Of a stretch of DNA of 20,000 nt, positions 1 to 9,100 are shown one piece after another. The DNA is from an uncultured virus (IMG/VR IMGVR_UViG_3300046103_003349) (taxonomy: Duplodnaviria; Heunggongvirae; Uroviricota; Caudoviricetes). The first letter of the stretch is position 1. Every line of letters starts with the position of its first letter. The stretch lies in IMG/VR virus record IMGVR_UViG_3300046103_003349; one strand, 5' to 3'. The notes under the pieces are model-generated. The model ran no database searches, was not told the DNA's origin, and was given only the letters and a program-made list of their open reading frames with translations. Position numbers and translations under genes: made by a program.

Positions 1-993
1 CTCTTTTTTAGATATTTTATTTCCTACATCAGATGTTGAAGGAACATATATTACAAAATTCTTATCAAACTTAAATTCTTTAGATAAAGCACCACCTTTA
101 GAATAAATTGCCTTTTCTTTAAAAAGTTTTTCCATTTCCTTGTCAAAATCTTTTCTTTCTTCTTCATTAAATGCCTCATCTGATACTTCCGACCAATCTT
201 CATTACTATCCATAGGTCTATATAATATAATATCTTCATCTTTTTTATATTCAGAGCCATATTTTTTAGATTTCATTATAGGTCTTAAATCAAAAGCATC
301 ATTTCCTAATCCATAGTCAAAAGTCCAACCTTTAGATTCTAATTTATTTAGTAATTTTTTGGTTTGATTATAATCATCTAATTCTCCCTCCTGCATAATA
401 TCATCTGATATATCTTTAGGCAATAAATCATATTCAGAGAAGTAATCTATATTAGGGTCGTATTTAAAAGTTTCTCCTCCTTTTGCATATTCTAATGTAG
501 GACCTTTATCTAAATCTGCTATTTTTTCAATTGGGTTATACTCTTTTGTTTTTTCATTCTGAACACCAACTTGATATTTTAATTGAGATTGGTCTAATTT
601 ATTTAACTCTTCTTTTAAATCTCCATAACTTGATATTTGTGCCGTTTCGCCACCTTCTGCGAAAAATAAATTATCAGACATTTTAGGTAATACAAAATCC
701 TCTACCCTAGACTCATCATCTAAATCTGTATCAGGCAATTCTGATTCTTGATGGTAGTCAGGATTACCTGCATCACTATCATATGCATATCTTTCTATTT
801 TTTCAGCTTCTTCTTCTTCATTGGTCTGCATAGGCAAGTTTGCATTTATATACTCTATTTTTTTTTGATTTTCATCAAATTCTTCTTTCATAGCAGTATC
901 ATCAAGTTCATCTTTCAGAAATTCCTGTTCTTCCATTAATTCAATTAATGCTGATTTTAATTCTTCTTGTGATTTTCCTCTGAATTCTTCCAT
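1..993 (-). CDS. Partial (>331 aa, runs off the left end) acidic modular protein with repeated [FY]xxGG motifs; putative phage polyvalent/virion-associated protein
   Basis: Manually translated: ATG at 993-991, 4 bp after the stop of the 721-aa ORF, and open to position 1 (MEEFRGKSQEELKSALIEL...FAEGGE...YAKGGE...GWTFDYGLGNDAFDLRP...YSKGGA...IYVPSTSDVGNKISKKE). Absent from the ORF track because it has no stop in the window. Confidence 0.9.
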   Translation of the reverse strand, partial: MEEFRGKSQEELKSALIELMEEQEFLKDELDDTAMKEEFDENQKKIEYINANLPMQTNEEEEAEKIERYAYDSDAGNPDYHQESELPDTDLDDESRVEDFVLPKMSDNLFFAEGGETAQISSYGDLKEELNKLDQSQLKYQVGVQNEKTKEYNPIEKIADLDKGPTLEYAKGGETFKYDPNIDYFSEYDLLPKDISDDIMQEGELDDYNQTKKLLNKLESKGWTFDYGLGNDAFDLRPIMKSKKYGSEYKKDEDIILYRPMDSNEDWSEVSDEAFNEEERKDFDKEMEKLFKEKAIYSKGGALSKEFKFDKNFVIYVPSTSDVGNKISKKE

Positions 994-997
994 TTTT

Positions 998-3163
998 TTA
1001 GTTTTTTAATGCTTCTAATTTTTCTTTAATTTCTTTAATCTCTTGTGATATTATTTCATCTTGCTCAAATTCCTCTAAAACAAGTAACTCTTCATTTAAT
1101 TCTTTTATTTTAATATCTTTTTCATCTTCAACAATTATTATTGGTTCTTCAGGATTGTCAAAGTCTATTATTATATCATTATTTTTATCCTCATCTTTAG
1201 CATCATCTTTAGCATCATCTATAACAATATCTTCTCGCTCACCAATCATTTTACCCTCTAATATAAACTTAGGGTATTCTTGCTCTAAATCATTCATTAT
1301 ATCATCTACATCCCATACAGGTTTTGGGTTATCTGATGCTGATTTATTTTTATATGTAGTTGTAAATTCTAGTTCGGTCTGATTAGCAAGTATTTTGCCC
1401 GAAACATCTACTTGAACCTTTTCTACTTTTTGTTTAAAAGAAAGTGCAGGTAATACTGCTAATATATTGTTACTATCATTTACTATCATAAAGAAAACAA
1501 AATCCTCTTTAGAAAAAGATGAATTATCATTATCGCCTAAAATTCTAATATTATCTTCTCCATACATTGAACATATGTACTTGTAGTTTTGAGAATCAAT
1601 TGCCCAAACAAATCCATTATTTAGTGTACTTGCTATGTATAACTCATTCCTGTCTAAATCACGAAACATTATCTTATCTCTTGTCAATTCTCTTTGTTCT
1701 CTTGCCTGTTTCATTTTTCTAATGGACAATTTACCACCCGAACCAAAAGGAAGGTATTGAACATAGTCTTTAAAGTCTTGATTTTGTTGCCAAGCAATTG
1801 GGAAAGAATTGACTTGCTCTGCTTTTTGAACTCCCCAATCAGCCCTTTGTCTTGTGTTTAGGTTTATGGCAAAATTTATTTTATCTACATCTTTTTTGGT
1901 ATGATATAATGTTTGACCATTAAAAATAGAATAATATTTATTTTTAGATTTTATAACCTCTTCTTTTATATCATTCATATAATAAGAGAATGGTCTAAAT
2001 TGAGGTAAAATTAATCTTGAATCTTTATTAAACGATATAACCCCTTGTCCAAAAGGTGTTAATTTATAATTAATATCTAATAAGTTTTGGGACTGCAATT
2101 CTTGTAGTATATTGGGTGAATGTTCTACATTTCCTATTCCTTCAATCCAAAATTTCTTTTCCTTAATATTATTCTCTATTTTCTCTTGTGCATTTTTATC
2201 AATGTTAACTTTTTCATAAATTTCTTTACACATTTGCAAAACACATATGCCCTCTAAAGGATTATATAGAGAAAAGTATTTTTTTATAAGTGAGTTTCTT
2301 AAAGCAAGACCTTTATCCTGCTGAACTAAATCTGCTTCTTTCCATAAAAAGTCTTTTTCATATGATGCATTTATATAAGGTGTATTATATAAGAAGGAAT
2401 CATTTAAAATCGTAGGCTCATCATCAACTATATCAAAAGCTGATTCAAACAACTCAGACAATGCGTATAATGTAGATTTATTATCATTAAGAATATACAC
2501 ATTTAATTCTTGAGAATTTGGTAAAAATATAGTATCATATCTTCTTTTTTCTTCAGAGGTTTGAACAATTACCCTTCCCATTCCTTTTAACTTAAACAAA
2601 ACAAAACTAGAGCCGTATGTAGTATAGTAAAACTTGCATCCTTGACCCAACATAGCAAGAATTTTTTCAAACTTAACTTTATTAAAATCTGAATATTTAA
2701 ATGATAATCCTACAAACCTATCTTCTTCATCAAAATCTTCCCTTACTCTTTGAACAACCTCTTCCCCAACCGTTTTAATCTCTTGACTGATTTCGGGAGT
2801 TATATTTTCTATAACTTTTAAATCTACTCCTTTCATTAATTCTGCAATTTCACTTTCTAATTCTTCTTCTATAAAATCTCTTTCTTCTAACGATAAAGAT
2901 TTTTTTTCAAATAATATTTCTTTGTCAAGTGGTATTTTAAAGGAATATACTTTATTATAGGCATCAATACTTTCAGGTCTTAATAAAAAGGAATCTAATG
3001 TGTCAAGTAGTTGCTCATATTGTTCTTCTGCTTCAGGAGAAACTCCTTTCTTTACTTTTCTTCCAACTTCTTCTATTTCATTAAGCATTGAATTAAATTC
3101 AGGATATACCTTGTATAACTCGTTAAATACTACCGTTGGAAATGTGTCTAAAAACTTTCTCAT
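998..3163 (-). CDS. Hypothetical protein, 721 aa, with acidic low-complexity region and predicted helical C-terminus
   Basis: Long ORF tightly packed in the operon (6 bp and 4 bp gaps). No catalytic motif recognised. Confidence 0.88.
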   Translation of the reverse strand: MRKFLDTFPTVVFNELYKVYPEFNSMLNEIEEVGRKVKKGVSPEAEEQYEQLLDTLDSFLLRPESIDAYNKVYSFKIPLDKEILFEKKSLSLEERDFIEEELESEIAELMKGVDLKVIENITPEISQEIKTVGEEVVQRVREDFDEEDRFVGLSFKYSDFNKVKFEKILAMLGQGCKFYYTTYGSSFVLFKLKGMGRVIVQTSEEKRRYDTIFLPNSQELNVYILNDNKSTLYALSELFESAFDIVDDEPTILNDSFLYNTPYINASYEKDFLWKEADLVQQDKGLALRNSLIKKYFSLYNPLEGICVLQMCKEIYEKVNIDKNAQEKIENNIKEKKFWIEGIGNVEHSPNILQELQSQNLLDINYKLTPFGQGVISFNKDSRLILPQFRPFSYYMNDIKEEVIKSKNKYYSIFNGQTLYHTKKDVDKINFAINLNTRQRADWGVQKAEQVNSFPIAWQQNQDFKDYVQYLPFGSGGKLSIRKMKQAREQRELTRDKIMFRDLDRNELYIASTLNNGFVWAIDSQNYKYICSMYGEDNIRILGDNDNSSFSKEDFVFFMIVNDSNNILAVLPALSFKQKVEKVQVDVSGKILANQTELEFTTTYKNKSASDNPKPVWDVDDIMNDLEQEYPKFILEGKMIGEREDIVIDDAKDDAKDEDKNNDIIIDFDNPEEPIIIVEDEKDIKIKELNEELLVLEEFEQDEIISQEIKEIKEKLEALKN
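1191..1220. repeat. 12-bp tandem repeat (TCATCTTTAGCA x2.5) encoding DDAK-DDAK-D
   Basis: Units visible at 1191-1202, 1203-1214 and a partial unit at 1215-1220; in frame within the acidic linker of the 721-aa ORF. Confidence 0.8.
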
Positions 3164-3169
3164 TTTATA

Positions 3170-6100
3170 TTATTTTACTCTTATTTTTAATAATGACATA
3201 GAGTTGTTAAATTTATCAATTAATGTTTCAAGATTATCACCTCTTCTTTTTGATTTAAGTAGTTGGCTTTCTTCTTCTTTAATTCTATTATCAATCTTCC
3301 ACTTTTTCTCGCTACCTAATTCATTACGACCTTCAACAACTTTGTTTTTTGCTTTTGTTATAAGAATATCAATATCGCTAAATGAATATGTTTCTCCTTT
3401 TTCTTCATTTTTTATTATGTTTTTAACTAAATAACAATAATTAGACATAACTCTTTGATATTCTGTACCTGTTGCAAATTTATTTACTTCATAAACTATC
3501 ATTTCGTAACCAAAGACTCTACCTTTTAATTCAAACAATTTGAAATGGTCTAAAATAATTTTTACCATTTGAAAACCTAATTGAGATTCTGAATTAACAG
3601 ACCTCAATTCTCTTTTTCTATCTTCAAGTGAATAAGCAGTTAAATCTAAAATGTTATCTATCATACCTCTATCTTTTTTTAGCATTTTCCTCACACTATC
3701 TCCTACTGTATTTACCAATACCATATCCGATTCAGTATTTAATATAATATCAGGATTTACAAATTCAATAAGACCATTTTCAGCTTGTTGTTCAACTATT
3801 TCAATTGCTTGGTCAATAGAAGTAAGGTTTGGCTTATTATTTTCTTTCCAATCCCTTCCTCTTCCTCTGCTTTCTTTTTTGAAATCATAGATTATTTGAA
3901 TATCTAATTTATCTTTTTCTCTTTCTGCAATTTTTTTCTTTTCGTCATATTTAACTAAAGAATATAGACTATTCATCAAAACAACATAACTATTAAATTC
4001 ATCTTTTACCTCTCCATACTTAGACTTTATAGATTCTAATTTGCTTTTTTTATCAGAAAAATTAGCTACTTTGCTATTTAACTCATCTACTTTATCTTGC
4101 CAAGCTAAATCAGTTAATTGGTTTACATCTGTAATTATGTTTCTTATCCTTTCTTTAGCATCTATTGTGTACTGAGTTTTATTCAATTCATAAACACCTG
4201 CTTCAAGCATTTTTTTAATTTCCCCAATCTTTGTTTGTAGTTTAGAATATACAAATGCATCTATACTATCAATTCCAAGGACATAAACAATTCTGACAAA
4301 TTCCCACATATTTTTTTGTCGCCATATCCTGCCTTCTAATTGCATTGCATTTGATGGAGAAAAATCACTATCTAAAATATAAAGTGTATGTGCCCTTTTA
4401 TTTAAATCTATACCTTCTTTAATAGCCGAAGAACCAATTAATATTTTTATTCTACCATCATTAAACTTATCTCTGATATCTTCTCTCCTTCCTATTTTTT
4501 TATCTTTTTTTGTTTCTTCATCAAGTTCTGTTTTACCAAATTTATCTGTAGCTTTGACTTGACCCGACATCGCACCTGTAATTACTCCTATATTTTCTTT
4601 TGTTATAGTGCCAACTTTTTCTGTTATGTTATCATAATAAGAAATATTTCTATCTATTATATATGTTTTTATTAATTCGTATAAATTATAGTAATGACCT
4701 CCATACTTAAAAGCCTTTCCTCTGTTAATATATAGTATTTGACCTCCAACTTCTCTATTATTAATCCCCCCCTCTTTTGAGTCATATTTAATAGTATTAA
4801 TAGCACACTCTATTGCATATTTAATCTTTGGGCTATTCTCTACAAAATTCTTAGCAGATTTAGAAATATCATTTGGATATAAAGGATAGTCTTTTAATAG
4901 GTCATTAGGTATCTCTCCTTCGGCATCACATTTTAATAAATAAGGAGAAATTACACACATTTGCCCAAATCCTTGACCAACAATAGCACGAGCCATTTTG
5001 ACTTCAGATTTGCTATTGGCAGTTAAATCCATATCTTTATAATTACTATTATATAAAAGTTCATCCTCTTCGCTATCTAAAATTTCTTCAGGTGTAAGAA
5101 TTTCTTTATCAACCAAACTTTGTTTTAAAGCAATTCTTTTGTCTTGGGGATAGGTTAATCGCAAATCAACTAATAATGCTCTTGCCTCATATAAAAGTTC
5201 TTCCCATTCTAAACTTCCTTCTTCTTCTGTTTTAAAATTTTCATCTTTATTTTTTTTCTTTAATAATCCTGCTTTTGTCAATAAAGAATCTACCACCTGA
5301 ATGGATTCCTTTACCTCATCATTTAAGAAGATTATTTCTTGAGTTTCTTCATCTATTTTAATGGCATCTCCATAGTTTGGACAATATTGGAAAGGAATAT
5401 CAATTTTACCCTCTACATATAATGCAATTTTCTTTAATATTTCAGTTTGAATATCACTTAAAGGCACATAGCTTGATACATCTTGTAATTGTTTTGCCCA
5501 TTGTACTGAAGATGTATTTGCTCCTGCCTGATATTCTCCTCCTGTTCCATCTTGAGGTATGTAATATTTTAATGGTCTATCAGCTTCTATTATTTTATCC
5601 GAAACCTTAAAGTTTGCCATAGCCTTTATAAAGTTAGACATTGCACCTGAGTTATAATAACTTTGTATTTCAGGAAATAATCCAAAGGTTTGTTTGTGAG
5701 TAATCTTAAACCTCCACTCCTCATTAACAAAAGTTACAAAGAAATCCCAAACTGAAGAGATATTGCTTTCCTTCATTTTATCTAAATTGGTCATACCAAA
5801 TACTGAAAACATCTGAAAAATATTATCTGTAAAAGGAGTGGCAGACATTAATATAGTATTGTTTACTGCTTTATTTTCTTCTTTAGCCTGTATTTCAAAT
5901 ATTAAAGCAATTAAATTAGCAGGTTTAGTGCTTAAATTTTTTGCTGATTTAGAGTAATATTTTAGCCTGTAGGAACTATCGGGCTTACTTCCTGTTTTGG
6001 GCTTATTAAAGTTTTCTACATTATGATAAGGTGTTCCTTCTTCAACATTAAGACCTTGTTCTGCACCTGTTAGTTTAAGTCCATCAGGCAATTTGTCTAA

Positions 6101-9100
6101 TATTGCAGATGCGTTCATTGTAGGCAATATATGAAATTGTTTATCAATACTTGAACCTCTAATTGAAGGTACATTAGAAAGACTTTGTTCTCTTGGCTGA
6201 GTAATTAAATTATTAAAATTATGTATTTCATCTACACATATACCATCTAAATTTAATTTTTTAAATGATAAAGGAAGATTTGATATTTCATCATAAAATC
6301 TATTTGTACTTGTATTTACATAACTTTCATCATCTACATTTTGAATATACATTTTTGCCTTAACATTTGCTTCATCATCTGCTCTAAACCTACTTATTGC
6401 TTCGTGATTACATAATATTATCTTATTAGGCTCTAATACTCTTTTATCGTATTCCCCTAATACATCAATAAGCATACCCTCAATTTGTTTTAACAAATTT
6501 GTTACTTTTCCTGAGTTCTTATTATCTATTGGGTTGAAAAATTTTAAGGCAAGAGTGCTTTCTTTAATTTTTATATCCTTTATTCCTTGTTGAGAAAGAA
6601 CACCTTCCCAAGGCAAGTTAAGTTGTGTTTCTCTTGCTTTTATCCTGTCGTATTGGGACTTATTTATTACTCCATCTAATAAAGCATCATCTAAATTAGA
6701 TACCCATCCTTTTTGAGGATAATCATTCTTTCCTAATTTTGGCTCATCCTTTTTAGGCTTAGATTTTTTCCACCAATTTTGTATTGATTGGGGATATTTA
6801 ACGATTTTAGATTTGTTTTCTCCTGTGAAATCTGATATTGTATATCTATATCCTGATTGAAATTTTAGGTATTCGCTATTTACTTCATCATATATTTTTT
6901 GTGCTGATTTATCTATTTTATTTAATATTCCCATTACGGCTTCTTCCGTAGCATCTGCATCTCCATAAAATATTTGAGGAATTTTCATTGACAAAGCAAC
7001 CATAAAATTATCATACCAATCATTAAAGTCAGATTCTAATTGTGCTGATGTAAACCTACTTTCGTTTGTATTGCCTCTTTTATCTTCAGGTAAGAAAGTA
7101 GGGGCAAATGCAGGAAGGTTTTTTAATTGGTCTTTTGCCATTTCAACTACCCCCTTATCATCTTCTGTTCTTTTTTTGCCTTTTACCTTTCCTTTGCCCT
7201 TCCATTTCTGTATTATTAATAATTCTTCATCAGTAAAACTTTTGAGTTTATTATCTTTATTAAGTAATAAATTTGAAGATGCATTTCCAAACTTTATTAT
7301 ATCTATTGCATCAGTTTTATTATCTTTTTTATTTTTTTCAATAACCTGCCAATTAGTTAATAAGCCTAATGTTTTTGTAGTATCTCTTCCTACTATTTCA
7401 TCTGCAAATTTTTCATACACTTGATTAGGGGTAAAAACTATAGTTCTTGAACTATCTCCTGTTAAAACCATATGAGAAATCATTGCTATTGATGTTGTGG
7501 TTTTTCCAAATCCTACCTCGTGAGCCAATAGACCTGAATTTTTATTTGCTATGGCAAATTTCATACCTTCAACCTGTGCATCTCTTAGACTGAATAAGAA
7601 AGGGCTAGGAAGAGAGCCAAACCACCTTGAGTGTTCACAAAATATTGGGAATTTAGAATAGTTAGCAATAGCCATATTATTATATGTCTTATTCCATAAT
7701 TCTTCAATATTTTTTCTGTACTCAGGTGTTAACTGAATTTTACAAAAAGTAGTAAATAAATTGTTTCCCTCTAAAATTATTTGACTTTCTAATTTTTTAT
7801 ATTTATCATAAATTACACTAAATATTCTTTTCCCTTCCTCCTCTGTAATAGGAGTGAACATTTGTTTTTTTGTAATAGTTTTTTCAGGGTCATTTGGGTC
7901 TTTAATTTTAACTTCTACTGATTTTTTTGGCTTATTATCAACCAATCCTATTTTGATTAAATTTTGCCTACTTTCTTCAGTCAAATTACTAAATTGATAT
8001 TTTTCATTTTTCTTTTTATATATATTTCCTAATGTAAAAGTTTTTTGTTGAGAGCCTAATGTTTCTATAAACTTTAAAGGGCAAGGTGTATTCTGCCCTT
8101 CATCAGCTATTTTTTCAAATTTAGGCAGTATATGTTTATTTATAAATTTAGCTGATGACATCGGAAATATATATCCATCTACTATATAAAACTCATTTTG
8201 TTTTAAATTAGGACTACTAATAAAATCTACTCCTTGTCCAAATACAATCCACTCATAAAATTTCTTCAAGTGATTATTGGATATTTTTAAATTGTTTTTC
8301 TTTATAAAATCATTGTATTGTGATTTTTTAGAAGAACCACCTAATTCAATATTTTTATATTTTGTATCTATTTCATTTTCTATTGTAGAAATACGAACTT
8401 TTCCATCTCTAAAAATTCCTCTCTCTTTTGCTACTCTACCTACAAATCCTTCTGAATCAGCATAAAATATAGGATTATGAATATTTAACATTAAATTTAA
8501 AGAGGGGTTTTTATCTCCAAATGTCAATCTTTCAGGCTTAGATTTTGTTAGAATATAGTTTTGATTATCTACTATTATATTACCCCTCCTATCTCCATAA
8601 TACTCAATTATATTATCTTCAAGTTCTTTATTTAATATTTCTATTTTCTTATACACATCTCCCGAAGAATACTCATAACTGTAAGTATATTTTTTTTCCG
8701 TTACTTGACCTGTTCCTGTAGCTATTGATAATTTTTCTATACATATATATCCTTTATCAAGTAGTATTGGAAATAACTTATCTGAAAAAATAAAATAATC
8801 AACACCTAAAATTCTTTGAGATAACTTTCTAAAATAAGATGAATTATCTTTTTTACTTCCTCCTTTTGTTACGAAATAAGCCAATACCTCTTCTATGCTC
8901 ATCTCTTGATTGTTCATCCAAAATGCTTCTCTAACATCATATATATAGAAGTAATCAGGATTAGACCATTGTTCTTTGCCATCCTTTCCTTTTATAACCT
9001 TTCCTTCACTTGAATCTAATGACCAATTAGGATTAATTTTATTTTTCCATTTTAATACTCCATTTACCTTTACTTGTTCAGCATATGTGTAAATAAATGA

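Noticed and set aside
51..260. 69-aa minus-strand ORF
   Set aside because: Out-of-frame ORF nested in the longer open frame 993 to <1.
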